From Octopus sinensis (lineage: Eukaryota): 64,000 bases of DNA. Below, piece by piece: positions 11,983 through 25,919 of the stretch (positions within the stretch are counted from its first letter, which is position 1; the number at the start of each line of letters is the position of its first letter). The notes under the pieces were generated by a model. That model was not told where the DNA came from. It did no database searches and saw only the letters and a list, made by a program, of their open reading frames with translations. Both the position numbers and the translations under genes were made by a program. The stretch is taken from positions 19,778,001-19,842,000 of the forward strand of contig NC_042999.1 in assembly GCF_006345805.1 (NCBI RefSeq). The letters are read 5' to 3'.

Positions 11983-13935
11983 GAGCTGGGAGCATCGTAA
12001 GCACGCCGGGCGAAATGCGTAGCCGTATTTCGTCTGCCGTTACGTTCTGAGTTCAAATTCCGCCGAGGTCGACTTTGCCTTTCATCCTTCGGGGTCGATA
12101 AATTAAGTGCAATTTACGCACTGGGGTCGATATAGTCGACTTAATCCGTCTGTCTGCCCTTGTTTGTCCTCTCTGTGTTTAGCCCCTTGTGGGTAGTAAA
12201 GACATAGGTATTTCGTCTGCCGTTACGTTCTGAGTTCAAATTCCGCTGAGGTCGACTTTGCTTTTCATCCTTTCGGGGTCGATAAATTAAGTGCAATTTA
12301 CGCACTGGGGTCGATATAGTCGACTTAATCCGTCTGTCTGCCTTGTTTGTCCCCTCTGTGTTTAGCCCCTTGTGGGTAGTAAAGAAATAGGTATTTCGTC
12401 TGCCATTACGTTCTGAGTTCAAATTCCACCAAGGTCGACTTTGCCTTTCATCCTTCGGGGTCGATAAATTAAGTACCAGTTACGCATTGATGTCGATATA
12501 ATCGACTTAATCCGTTTGTCTGTCCTTGTTTGTCCTCTCTGTGCTTAGCCTCTTGTGGGTAGTAAAGAAATAGGTATTTCGTCTGCCGTTACGTTCTGAG
12601 TTCAAATTCCGCCGAGGTCAACATTGCCTTTCATACTTTCGGGGTCGATAAATTAAGTGCAATTTACGCACTGGAGTCGATATAATCGACTTAATCCGTT
12701 TGTCTCTCCTTGTTTGTCCCCTCTGTGTTTAGCCTCTTGTGGGTTATAAAGAAATAGGTATTTCGTCTGCCGTTACGTTCTGAGTTCAAATTCCGACGAG
12801 GTCGACTTTGCCTTTCATCCTTTCGGGGTCGATAAATTAAGTGCAATTTACGCACTGGGGTCGATATAGTCGACTTAATCCGTCTGTCTGCCCTTGTTTG
12901 TCCTCTCTGTGTTTAGCCCCTTGTGGGTAGTAAAGAAATAGGTATTTCGTCTGCCGTTACGTTCTGAGTTCAAATTCCGCCGAGGTCGACTTTGCCTTTC
13001 ATCCTTTCGGGGTCGATAAATTAAGTGCAATTTACGCACTGGGGTCGATATAGTCGACTTAATCCGTCTGTCTGCCTTGTTTGTCCTCTCTGTGTTTAGC
13101 CCTTGTGGGTAGTAAAGAAATAGGTATTTCGTCTGCCATTACGTTCTGAGTTCAAATTCCACCAAGGTCGACTTTGCCTTTCATCCTTCGGGGTCGATAA
13201 ATTAAGTACCAGTTACGCATTGATGTCGATATAATCGACTTAATCCGTTTGTCTGTCCTTGTTTGTCCTCTCAGTGCTTAGCCTCTTGTGGGTAGTAAAG
13301 AAATAGGTATTTCGTCTGCCGTTACGTTCTGAGTTCAAATTCCGCCGAGGTCAACATTGCCTTTCATCCTTTCGGGGTCGATAAATTAAGTGCAATTTAC
13401 GTACTGGAGTCGATATAATCGACTTAATCCGTTTGTCTGTCCTTGTTTGTCCCCTCTGTGTTTAGCCCCTTGTGGGTAGTAAAGAAATAGGTATTTCGTC
13501 TGCCGTTACGTTCTGAGTTCAAATTCAGCCGAGGTCGACATTGCCTTTCATCCTTTCGGGGTCGATAAATTAAGTGTAATTTACGCACTGGGGTCGATAT
13601 AGTCGACTTAATCCGTCTGTCTGCCTTGTTTGTCTCTCTTGCTTAGCCTCTTGTGGGTAGTAAAGAAATAGGTATTCGTCTGCCGTTACGTTCTGAGTTC
13701 AAATTCCGCCGAGGTCAACATTGCCTTTCATCCTTTCGGGGTCGATAAATTAAGTGCAATTTACGCACTGGGGTCGATATAGTCGACTTAATCCGTCTGT
13801 CTGCCCTTGTTTGTCCTCTCTGTGCTTAGCCTCTTGTGGGTAGTAAAAAAATAGCTATTTCGTCTGCCATTACGTTCTGAGTTCAAATTCCGCCAATTGC
13901 CCTCTGTGTTTAGCCCCTTGTGGGCGATAAAGAAA
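11983..13935 (+). repeat. Tandem array of SINE B body, ~183-bp unit, 10 full units plus 1 partial
   Basis: Units start (tatttcgtctgcc) at 12026, 12209, 12392, 12575, 12759, 12943, 13125, 13308, 13492, 13673 and 13856. Confidence 0.95.
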
Positions 13936-14547
13936 TAAGAAAATAAATGAAATGAAAACAATAATGAGACAACAGGCTTGCATCACTGGAATTCTTTAAA
14001 AACCTTAAAGTCTATTCTCTCGAAGGCAGTCATGCATGCTATATCTTGAGCAAGTAAATTTAGTTCTCATGCCGTAAGCCAACAACAAAATTCGAGCTAA
14101 CATCACAATAGCATTGTGGAACATCTTTGTTACCTCGATTGACGCTGCTTTGTGTAACAGTATCCCGCAGGAAATAAAAGGAGAACATCCCATGGTTTTT
14201 AAACAATACTACAAATAATATCTTGAAGCTCAGCAAATAGTTGTCTGCGTCCTAAAATACGATACACATTCTCGAACATGCAACCACATACACACACAAG
14301 CGCGCAAAACCTAATTTTGAAACGCGCGTCCATGGATGACCAATATTGATTGATTTTCGTTGCTTTACTCTCTGCCTGTGTGAATTATTTTCAAGTATTT
14401 TGGTTTCTCTAGGAGTCCCTTTTAAAAGTAGAAGAAATAGCAATGATTTTTGGCTGCTATTTCTAAACTTCGGTATGTGGTAAAGAAAATCTTTGCTGAA
14501 CCCTGTTATTAAGTATATACATACATACATACATATATATATATATC

Positions 14548-15382
14548 AATTAGAGAAAAACCACTATTATGCAATTCAAACAATGATAGACATAAACTAA
14601 ATCATAAAGAAAAATAAAAAATATTATAAAACATATAACTAGATCACAAAAAGTACAAAAATGAATAAACAATTTATAAGTAAAATTTTTACATATGTTT
14701 CATGGTTATAATTTAAATTCGAATTACAATTAAATTTAAATTTAATCGAAAAAAAATTCAATTCAAAGGTATAGTCACTCCTCAGCTCAATAATAATAAC
14801 AATAATAGTTAAATAAATAATCAAATAGAATTAAGCAATATTTCTTAAAGAAATAAAATCATGATTGTTCTTATATATGAAACTCCAGTTACTAAATTTG
14901 AAATTTAAACAGTAGGACCAAGTGCCTATAATACATTTATCATGTTAAAAACCTAAGGTAAAAAAATAGAGCAAATAGATAGAAAAATATATTTATCTGT
15001 GAAGATTAATTTAGATTTAAGAATAACATTAACAAATTATAGAATATCTTTTCACTACCTATACTCTAATATTTTACGTTACAAACTATTTTACAAAACA
15101 ATCACACTTAATACTTTTAGATTTTAGTCCACATATAATGATCATAGAATAATAAAATTATAAAATTAAATAAAAATACGTATCTAAATTATAATTAACA
15201 AATATAGCAATTAGAAATCCATGTTTTTCCAATCAATAAACATAAATAAATTACTCCATTATTTCTTAAATAAATATTATACTTATCAATTCGAAAATAT
15301 TTATGAAATGAAAAATTTAAAAATCCAAAATTAAATACGTATTACTTATCGTTTATAAAATAATTTGCGAAAAAAGTACTTA

Positions 15383-15456
<74 letters not shown>

Positions 15457-15800
15457 ATTGAGTAGTACTGAATATAATAAAAACTTTAACTATACTAAAA
15501 AATTTACAATCTAATTCACAAAGTAACCAAACTAATATTTTTCGATTTAAGTTCACTTATAATAATTATAAAATAAGAACAATTAAATAAATGTACGTAT
15601 CTAAATTATCATTAACAAATAATAAAAATTAGAATTTCGTATTTATCAAGCAATAATCATATAGATTACCTTATTATTTCTTAAATAAATTGTATATTTA
15701 TTTCTCCGAAGATATATCATGAACTAATATATTTTAACTAATATTTTTTCTTTATGATTTGGTTTATGTCATCATTGTTGCAATTGCATAATATTGGTTT
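14548..15800. mobile_element. AT-rich element with inverted termini (gagaaaaaccactattatgcaa...), Penelope-derived
   Basis: Left end mirrored at ~15735-15800. Hammerhead remnants (gaaacatatgta on minus ~14695-14706; ccgaaga near 15706). Terminus resembles the one at 57487. Confidence 0.55.
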
Positions 15801-16009
15801 TTCTCTCATTTATGTATATTATATATTTATATTATAAAATTTGATCTAATACTAAATTGAATTTTAAAATCTTTGAGTGTGTATGTGTGTATGTATGTGT
15901 GTGTATATATGTATATCTAAATATTACGATCTTTATATCGAAATATATTCATTACTTGTTTTTATTTCTTTTCAGGTTCTAGAATTACATTAAATAATAT
16001 TTTACATCT

Positions 16010-16420
16010 AAATTTGTCTTATGAAGAAATGCTGAAGACGCTTGACCTTTATTCTCTAGAAAAACGACGACGCCGTGGTGATCTCATTCTTGCTCACAAC
16101 ATCATAAGCGGAAAGTGTAACCTCTCGAAAGAGCTGTTCTTCACTCCTGTTCCAGAGCGTCGGCTGCGGGGTCACTCCGAAAAGCTCTATCTGCGGCGAT
16201 TTCATCTCAATCGAAGGAGAAGGGCTTTCTCCGTCCGGGTTGTGGATCCATGTAATAAGCTACCGGTCGAGATAGTGAAGATGCCGACGACCTCTCGGTT
16301 CAAAGTCTCTCTTGACCACAAATGGCCTGAACTCTTTGCATGAACACCCTCCTTGTATGTCCCCCTACATGGCCTTACTTTTTGCTTTTTGAGCCAAAAA
16401 ATTAACTTAACTTAACTTAA
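16010..16420 (+). mobile_element. CR1-clade LINE 3' end
   Basis: LSYEEMLKTLDLYSLEKRRRRGDLI...RGHSEKL...FSVRVVDPCNKLP, followed by a (ttaac)n tail. Confidence 0.85.
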
Positions 16421-18022
16421 CTTACCCCACAATTAGTTTACATTGCAAAACAACGTGGAACACATATTAGAGCAATTTAGAAGTATTCTTTTTGATTTAT
16501 CAGATGGTGAGCTTTCTGATGATTATCACGAATTTTTACGAAAGGAAGGTTATGATGAGGATGAAGCTGTGCCATCTTACTCGTCATCTGAATCTAGTGG
16601 TGTTGAATCAGCGAACATTTGTAATGAGAGTCCAAACAATAGACAAGCAAATAATACTGACAAGTGGCCAACTCTTGAAAAGCAAAGGCGATTCCTCTTG
16701 GCAGTTTGATGACACATCACAACGCGCTTGTTGTCGTTTCCAGCAACGCGATATCCTAAAATTTAGATCAGTCTCTACCGCATATGTTACAATGTTAGGC
16801 ATAAATCAAATCATAAAGAAAAAATAAAATATATTATAAAACATATAACTAGATCACAAAAATTACAAAAATGAATAAACAATTTATAAGTAAAAAGTTT
16901 ACATATGTTTCATGGCAATAATTTAAATTCGAATTACAATTAAATTTAAATTTAATCGAAAAACAATTCAATTTAAAAGTATAGTCACTCCTCAGCTCAA
17001 TGATAATAACAATAACAGTTAAATAAATAATCAAATAGAATTAAGTAATATTTCTGAAAGAAATAAAATCATGATTGTTCTTATAGAAGAAACTCCATTT
17101 ACTAAATTTGAAATTTAAACAGTAGGACCAGGTGCCTATAATACATTTATCATGTTAAAAACCTAAGGTAAAAAAAAAAAATAGAGCAAATAGATTGAAA
17201 AATGTATTTATCTGTGAAGATTAATTTAGATTTAAGATTAACATTAACAAACTATAGAATATCTTTTCACTACCTATACTCTAATATTTTACGTTACAAA
17301 CTATTTTACAAAACAATCACACTTAATACTTTTAGATTTTAGTCCACATATAACGATTATAAAATTAAATAAAAGTACATATCTAAATTATAATTAACAA
17401 ATATAGCAATTAGAGACCTCAAGAGACAACAAGCAAATAATACTGACAAGTGGCAAACTCTTGAAAAGCAAAGGTGGTTCCTCTTGGCAGTTTGATGACA
17501 CATCACAACGCGCTTGTTGTCGTTTCCCGCAACACGATATTTTAAAATTTAGATCAGTCTCTACCGCATATGCTACAAGTCAAGTATTGAAAGATAGACC
17601 CCTTTCCTCTTTAGAATTTTACTTAATGAACCAATGCTTAAAATGAATCAAAGGCGCATTGTTGAAGGCCAAAGTTTGTTGGACAATATAGACTGGCTGG
17701 CTGCAATTGATGATTTGAAAAAAAAATATAGGTCTTGTAATTGCTCGTAGTATTATTGGAGGAAGAAACATACCTGTCAAAAGTATTTGGAACACCTCTT
17801 GGAGATGTTTTTTATTCAATAACACTATGCCTCTTAATCGATTTTTAGAAATTATGAGACGTCTTCTTCGATGAAAAAAGAGAGAGGAAAAGAAATTTGG
17901 TGAAAGATGAGTTTTCTTAGGATCGCTATCGTAGAATCCATTTATTGAAAATTATCAAAACGCCTGTGTTCCTAATGAATATTTGACAGCTGATGAACAA
18001 TTATTGCCATACAGGCCATACA

Positions 18023-18422
18023 GGCGCAGGAGTGGCCGTGTAGTAAGTAGCTTGCTTACCAATCACATGGTTCCGGGTTCAGTCCCACTGCGTGGCACCT
18101 TGGGCAAGTGTCTTCTGCTATAGTCTCGGGCCCACCAAAGCCTTGTAAGTGGATTTGGTAGACGGAAACTGAAAGAAGCCCGTCGTATATATGTATATAT
18201 TTATGTGTGTTTGTGTGTCTGTGTCTGTCCCCCCCCAACATCACTTGACAACCAATGGTGGTGTATCTACGTCCCTGTAACTTAGCAGTTTGGCAAAAGA
18301 GACTGATAAAATAAGTACTGGGCTTACAAAGAATAGGTCCTGGGTGTCGATTTCTTCGACTAAAGGCGGTCCTCCTGCATGGCCGCAGTCAAATGACTGA
18401 AACAAGTAAAAGAGTAAAAGGA
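18023..18422 (+). mobile_element. SINE family A inserted in piggyBac
   Basis: Consensus match. Splits EQLLPY from KFLQFM. Confidence 0.9.
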
Positions 18423-19231
18423 GTACACAAAGCAAATTCCTACAATTTATGGCAAATGAATGTTGTGGATACTTTCCAATGTAGAAAAGAAATATTTTTT
18501 TAATGGAATTCCATATTTGGGACAAATATGAAAGAAGTAACAATGTTAGCGTGCCTACGAACGTAGTGCTAAAACTAACGGCATCTCTGTTGAAAAAAGA
18601 CTACAATTTCACACGAGACATCTCACCTCCTTAGATCTTTCTTTGCAGCAAAACAAAACTGACCTCCTTAGATCTTTCTTTGCAGCAAAACAAAACTGCA
18701 GTTTAGTGGGAACAATTCGTCAGGACAGAAGGGAATTACCAGAAGCAATAGAACAGGTGAAACTGTGGTTTTGAAATCCACAGAGAATTCTTTTAAGTTT
18801 CTTCTGAAGATAGCCTCAAGAAGAAGCCTGACACCATACCTTTTTATAACAAAAGTAAGGTAGATGTAGACGTGCTTGACCAAATGGCAAAGCTTTATTC
18901 ATTCAAACGAAGCGGTTGATGATGGCCAACACACGCTTTAATATTATTTTCGATGATGCTCTTCATAAACAGCTGGGTATTATATACAAGAGTTTGCATC
19001 GCAGTCGTTAGTCGAAGGGAATCTATTCAAAAAGTTGCTGAAGGACATTGTGGTGATTCGCCTCACGTTCGTTTATGTACTTTCATACGTCCAATTTAGG
19101 AAACATTTATCACTTGAAATAATGATAGATATATATATGTGTGAAAGCAAAATGCCGAAATAGAACCATAAAAATGTGTGGAGTCTGTAAAATACTTCTG
19201 TGTGGAAAATGTGCATTAAAATGTTGCAATT

Positions 19232-19628
19232 GGCGCAGGAGTGGGTGTGTGGTAAGTAACTTGCTTACAAACCACATGGTTCCGGGTTCAGTCCCACTGC
19301 GTGGCACCTTGGGCAAGTGTCTTCTACTATAGCCTCGGGTTGACCGATGCCTTGTGAATGGATTTGGTAGACGGAAACTGAAAGAAGCCAGTCGTATATA
19401 TATTATATATATGTGTGTGTGTGTGTGTTTGTGTGTGTCTGTGTTTGTCCCCCCCCCCAACAATCGCTTGACAACCGATGTTGGTGTGTTAATTCCCCGT
19501 AACTTAGCGGTTCGGCAAAAGACCGATAGAATAACTACTAGGCTTCCTGGGGGTCGATTTGCTCGACTAAAGGCGGTGCTCCAGCATGGCCGCAGTCAAA
19601 TGACTAAACAAGTAAAAGAGTAAAAGAA
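19232..19628 (+). mobile_element. SINE family A
   Basis: Consensus match. Confidence 0.9.
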
Positions 19629-19896
19629 TGAAGATTTAGAATTTCAATAAATTTATTTTCATTTTATAAGGTTAGATTTCTTTCAAAATATCAAACTATC
19701 AAAATATCGTTACGAAATCTCCAAACTCTATAGATTTATACATTTAGTAAATATTTTCTACCTACTCTTTCTCTTTCTTTCCTTTCAAATTGAAAAATAT
19801 CTTTGCGTCAATTCTGATCCTTAAAGGTAGATGAAAAGTCCGATCATTCTAGTGTTAAGAAGCGAAGGTCTTAAACACATATATGTCTGCTACATG

Positions 19897-19927
<31 letters not shown>

Positions 19928-19974
19928 TGTGTGTGAGTGCGCGTGTGAGTGTGTATTCTTATATATATATATAT

Positions 19975-20012
<38 letters not shown>

Positions 20013-20044
20013 CGTGCGTGTGTGTGTGTGTATGTATATATATC

Positions 20045-20260
20045 ATGGCATTCCGACGGTTACGATGACGAGGGTTCCAGTTGAGCCGATCAACGAAACA
20101 GCCTGAAATTAACGTGCAAGTGACTGAGCACTCCGCAGACACGTGTACCCTTAACGTAGTTCTCGGGGAGATTCAGCGTGACACAGAGAGTGACAAGGCT
20201 GGCCCTTTGAAATGCAGGTACAACAGAAACAGGAAGAAAGAGTGGGCCATTGCGCCTCCA
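20045..20260 (-). mobile_element. Internally deleted SINE: family C head tip fused to the cgtaaccgtcggaatgcca-type tail
   Basis: gtggaggcgcaatggccc joined directly to actctttcttcctg.... Tail shared with the 31622 copy. Confidence 0.7.
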
Positions 20261-20361
20261 CGTCATATATATATATAATAGCATGTATATATGTACGTGT
20301 GTATATATATGTGAATATAAATGAGGGATTCAAGATGGAGAGAGTGAGGGAGAGAGAGAGA

Positions 20362-20403
<42 letters not shown>

Positions 20404-20769
20404 GGAAGAGTTGAATTCAACATAGAAAACATGAAGTATGAAAAATACATTATCAAGTAATTAGGATATACATTAATTGCCACTAAGAACGTAATTAACA
20501 TATGGGAAGTTAGTAATTAGACAGAAATAGAGAGTCAAAACTATTGAAAAGGTTGCAAGACGCAACGAAAATTTTAGAAAATAAAAATAAGAAATAAGTC
20601 GAAATTTTACCGGTGAGTGTGTTAAATAATAAGACAACTAAAAGAGAATGACTCTCCCAGACACAACAAAATATGCTTCAACACACGAACTCATATAAAG
20701 AATCTTGCAAACCAAATCTAAAAAAGAAAATAGAATATTAACTAAAAGAAAAATGAATTGCTAACATAC

Positions 20770-20842
20770 TCGTAAAAATCTGTTCGATTGAAAGCATCAG
20801 TAATATTCCAGTGCAAAAAGTTATCAGATTTCCAGAAGACAT
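20770..20842 (-). CDS. First coding exon, signal-peptide-like: MSSGNLITFCTGILLMLSIEQIFT
   Basis: ATG at 20842, hydrophobic core, ends in phase 1 at donor GTATGT. Upstream acceptor ttttaattaatcAG at 20891-20892 implies a non-coding 5' exon further right. Confidence 0.6.
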
Positions 20843-20951
20843 TTTGTTCAACGCGTCTACTCTGAAGAGTGTAACCGATTCTGACTGTTTCTGATTAATT
20901 AAAAGGTTTTGAACAAGGATATCCGGAAAAAAATGAACAATAGAAACAATA

Positions 20952-21344
20952 GGCGTAGGAGTGGCTGTGTGGTAAGTAGCTTGGTTACGAACCACATGGT
21001 TCCGGGTTCAGTCTCACTGTGTGACAACTTGGGCAAATGTCTTCTACTATATCCTCGGACCGACCAAAGCCTTGTGAATGGATTTGGTAGATGGAAACTG
21101 AAAGAAGCCAGTCGTTTATATGTATATATATATATATATATATAAATGTTTTTGATTTTCACTCTCGATAAATTTATCCCTTTTTTTGTGCCCCTAGCAC
21201 TTGGCATCCTTATTTAGGAGCCCTTAATTATATTTCTATATGAATAATATTTTTCTGTATGAATAATAATTTGTCTAATGACTAATTCGTCTTTTGTGCT
21301 GGGCCACTAGTAGTAATCTATATTATTACCCTTTTGTTTTTATT

Positions 21345-21385
<41 letters not shown>

Positions 21386-21610
21386 TATATATTTATTTGT
21401 ATGTGTATATGTTTGTGTGTCTGTGTTTGTCCCTCCAACATCACTTGACAACCGATGCTGGTGTGTTTACGTCCCTGTAACTTAGTGGTTCGGCAAAAGA
21501 GACCGATAGAATAAGTACTAGGCTTACAAAGAATAAGTCCTGGGGGTCGATTTGCTCGATTACAGGCGGTGCCCCAGCATGGCCACATTCAAATGACTGA
21601 AACAAGTAAT
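20952..21610 (+). mobile_element. SINE family A with ~210-bp insert in its internal (TA)n
   Basis: 5' half 20952-21120, unknown insert ~21140-21350 flanked by (TA)n, 3' half ~21410-21610. Confidence 0.8.
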
Positions 21611-21817
21611 AAAAAAATAGAAACACTTAGCATTTTTGTCTCCTTCTAAGAGGATCATCGGCCACACCTACTGAGTAAGTGAGTTCTATACACTAACATA
21701 ATAGTAATTACAGAATGTAATCACACACGGATGTATCAATTTGTTTTTAAGTGGATGCATAAAGATTTAGCGATATACACGTGCAAAGTATAATTATGTG
21801 TGAATATATGTAGGTTA

Positions 21818-22115
21818 AACGTCGCCCTTTTCCAAGCGTAGTCAGGTTCATGGGCCCGGTTTCCCGGTTTCTGTGGCGTATGTGTTTCCTGCAGCTGGAC
21901 GGGGCGCCAGTCCATCACAGCATTACTCAAGAAACAGGAAGAGAGAGAGTGAGAAAAAGTTGTGGCGAAAGAGTACAACAGGGGTCGCCACTACACACTG
22001 TCGGAGACTCGTGGAGCTTTTTTAGGTGTTTTCGCTCAATAAACACACACAACGCCCGGTCTGGGAATCGAAACCGCGAGTCCGCTGCTCTAAACACTGG
22101 GCCATTGCGCCTCCA
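21818..22115 (-). mobile_element. SINE family C
   Basis: Matches 547-814. Confidence 0.8.
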
Positions 22116-22166
22116 CGAGAGTATATGCACTGATATAAAAAAATGTGTGTGTCTATGTGTGTGTAA

Positions 22167-22392
22167 GTGAGCTGGCAGACACGTTAGCGCACCGGGCGAA
22201 ATGCTTAGCAGTATTTCGTCTCTCATTACGTTCTGAGTTCAAATTCCGCTGAGGTCGACTTTGCCTTTCATCCCTTCGGGGTCGATAAATGAAGTACCAG
22301 TTACGCACTGGGGTCGATGTACTCGACTTAATCACTTTGTCTGTCCTTGTTTGCCCCTCTATGTTTAGCCCCTTGTGGGCAATAATGAAATA
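22167..22392 (+). mobile_element. SINE family B monomer
   Basis: Head plus body plus ccccttgtgggcaataatgaaata tail. Confidence 0.85.
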
Positions 22393-22587
22393 TATGTGTG
22401 TGTAAGTTTGTATTTGTGCATGTACAATTATCATACGAATGCGTGTATTACTAGATAGAAAACTCCATGTGTACCTAATTTAGGTGATCAAATAGTGACG
22501 GATGTTGGAAAATCTCTCGGCCCTTTTGTTATTGGCCCAATGTAATAATAAGGAAACAAATGAACGGAAAGTGTATTTCATCACCTG

Positions 22588-24455
22588 GTATGTATGTATG
22601 TATGTATGTATGTATGTATGTATGTATGTATGTAGTATGTATGTATGTATGTATGTATGTATGTATGTATGTATGTATGTATTATGTATGTATGTATGTA
22701 TGTATATGTATGTATGTATGTATGATGTATGTATGTATGTATGTTGTATGTATGTATGTATGATGTATGTATGTATGTATGTATGTATGTAATGTATGTA
22801 TGTATGTATGTTGTATGTAGTATGTATGTATGTAGTATGTATGTATGTATGTATGTAGTATGTATGTATGTATGTATGTATGTATGTATGTATGTATGTA
22901 TGTATGTATGTATGTTGTGTATGTATGTATGTCTGGTATGTATGTATGTATGTATGTATGTATGTATGTATGTATGTATGATGTATGTATGTATTGAATG
23001 CATGTATGAATGTATGTATGTATGAATGTATGTTGTATGTATGTGTGTGTATGTATGTATGTATGTATTATGATTTGATGAATGTATGTATGAATGTATG
23101 TATGTATGTATGTATGTATTTAAGAATGTATGTATGTATGCATGTATGTATGAATGTATGTATGTATTATGTATGTATGTATGAATGCATGTATGAATGT
23201 GTGTATGTATGTATGCATGTATGTATGTATGTATGTATGTATTATTATGTATGTATGTATAATGATGCATGTATGATGTATGTATGTATGAATGTATGTA
23301 TGTTGTATGTGATGTATTATGTATGAATGTATGATGTATGAATGCATGATGCATGTATGAATGTATGTATGTTGTATGTATGTATGTATGTATGTATGTA
23401 TGTATATGTATGTATGCATGTATCTATGATGCATGTAGATGTATGTATGTATGTATATATGTATGTATGATGAATGCATGTATGAATGTATGATGTATGA
23501 ATGTATTATGTAGAATGTATGTATGTATGTATGTATGTATGATGTATGTATGTATTATGTATGAATAGATGTATTATGTATGTATGTATGTATGTATGTA
23601 TGATGTATGTATGAATGTATGTATGTATGATGTATGAATGTATGTGAATGTATGTATGTATCAATGTATGTATGATGTATGTATGAATGTATGTATGTAT
23701 GAATGTATGTATTATGTATGTATGTATGTATGTATGATGTATGTATGTAGTATTATGTATGTATGTATATATGTATGTATGTATGTATCTATATGTATGT
23801 ATGTATGTATGTTGTATGAATATGTTGTATGACGCATGTATGTATGTATGTATGAATGTAATGTATGTATGAATGAATGCATGTATGAATGTATGTATGT
23901 ATGAATGTATGTATGTATGTATGTATGAATGTATGTATGTAGTATGAATGTATGTATGTATGTATGAATGCATGTATGAATGTAGTATGAATGTATGTAT
24001 GTTGTATGTGTATTTAAAATGTATGTTATGTATGCATGTATGTATAATGTATGTATGTATTATGTATGTATTATGAATGCATGTATGAATGTGGTTATGT
24101 AGTATGCATGTATGATGTATGTATTTGTATTATTATTATGTATGTATGAATGAATGCATGTATGAATGTATGTATGTATGAATGTATGTATGTATGTATG
24201 TATGATGTATGTATGTATATGTATGTATGTATGAATGCATGAATGCATGTATGAATGTACGTATGTATGTATGTATTATGTATGTATGTATGCATGCATT
24301 ATGATGCATGTATGATGTATGTATGTATGTATGTATATATGTATGTATGAATGAATGCATGTATGAATGTATGTATGTAATGTAATGTATGTATGTATGA
24401 ATGTATGAATGTATGTATGTATGTATGATGTTCTGTATGTATGTAGTATGTATGA

Positions 24456-24488
<33 letters not shown>

Positions 24489-25885
24489 TGTATGTATGAT
24501 GTATTAGAATGTATGTATGTAATGAATGTATAATGATGTATGAATGTATGTATGTATAATGTATGTATAATGTATGTATGAATTATGTATGTATAATGTA
24601 TGATGTATGTATATGTATGTATTAAGAATGTAGTATGTATGTATGTATGTATGTATGAATGCATGTATGAATGTGGTATGTATGTATGTATGTATCTATG
24701 TATTATGAATGTTGTATGCATGTATGAATGTATGTATGAATGTATGATGTATTATGAATGTATGTTGTTGTATGTATGAATGCATGTATGAATGTATGTA
24801 TGAATGTATGTATGTATGTATTTATGAATGTATGTATGTATGTATGACCAGTATGAATGTATGTATGAATGTATGTATGTATGTATGTATTTAAGAATGT
24901 ATGTATGTATGCATGTATGTATGTATGTATGTATTATGTTGTATGTATGAATGAATGCAATGTATGAATGTATGTAGTATGAATTATGTATGTATGTTGA
25001 ATGTATGTATGTATGAATGATGTATGTATGAATGCATGATGCATGTATGAATAATGTATGTATGTATGTATGTATGTATGTATTATGTATGCTGTAATGC
25101 ATGTATGTATGTATGTATTTATGTATGTATGTATTGAATGAATGCATGTATGATGTATGTATGTAATGTATGTATGTATGAATGTACATGTATGAATGTA
25201 TGTATGTATGAATGTATGTATGTATGTATGAATGTATGTATGTATGTATGTATGTATTATATGTAATTATTTATGTATGTATTTATGTATGTGTATGTAA
25301 TGTAATGTTATTATGGATGTAATCATGTATGAATGTATGTATGTATATATGTATGTATGAATGTATGTATGAACTGTATGTATGTATTATGTATGAATGT
25401 ATGTAGTATGTATGTATGTATGTATTTAAGAATGTATGTATGTATGTATGTATGTATGTATGTAGGTGTATGTATGTATGTATGTATGTATGTATGTATC
25501 TATGTATGTATGAATGTATGTATGCATGTATGATGTATGTATGCTGTCTGTATGTAGAATGTATGTATGTATGTATGTTTGTATGAATGTATCTATGTAT
25601 GTATGAATGTATGTATGCATGTATGAATGTACGTATGTATGTATGTGTGTATGAATGTATGTATGTATGCACGTATGTATGAATGTATGTATATATGTAT
25701 TTACGTTTGTAGGAATGTATGTATGTATATATTATGTATCTATATATCATGTATGTATATATGCATGTATGTATGTATATATTATATATGTATGTATGTA
25801 TATATTATGTATGTACGTATGCATGTATTTATGTATGTATATATGTATGTATGTATATATGTATGTATGCATGTATACGTGTATG

Positions 25886-25919
<34 letters not shown>

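Larger units (their letters stand above)
16430..19670 (+). pseudogene. Fragmented piggyBac transposase (DDE_Tnp_1_7-like) with C-terminal Cys-rich domain
   Basis: Manual translation: ...GLVIARSIIGGRNIPVKSIW..., LTADEQLLPY, SLVGTIRQDRRELP, YNKSKVDVDVLDQM, KCRNRTIKMCGVCKILLCGKC. Interrupted by two SINE A copies and an AT-rich insert. Confidence 0.8.

Noticed and set aside
11983-13935. CRISPR-like regular array
   Set aside because: No unique spacers. Whole units are SINE bodies in a eukaryotic context.
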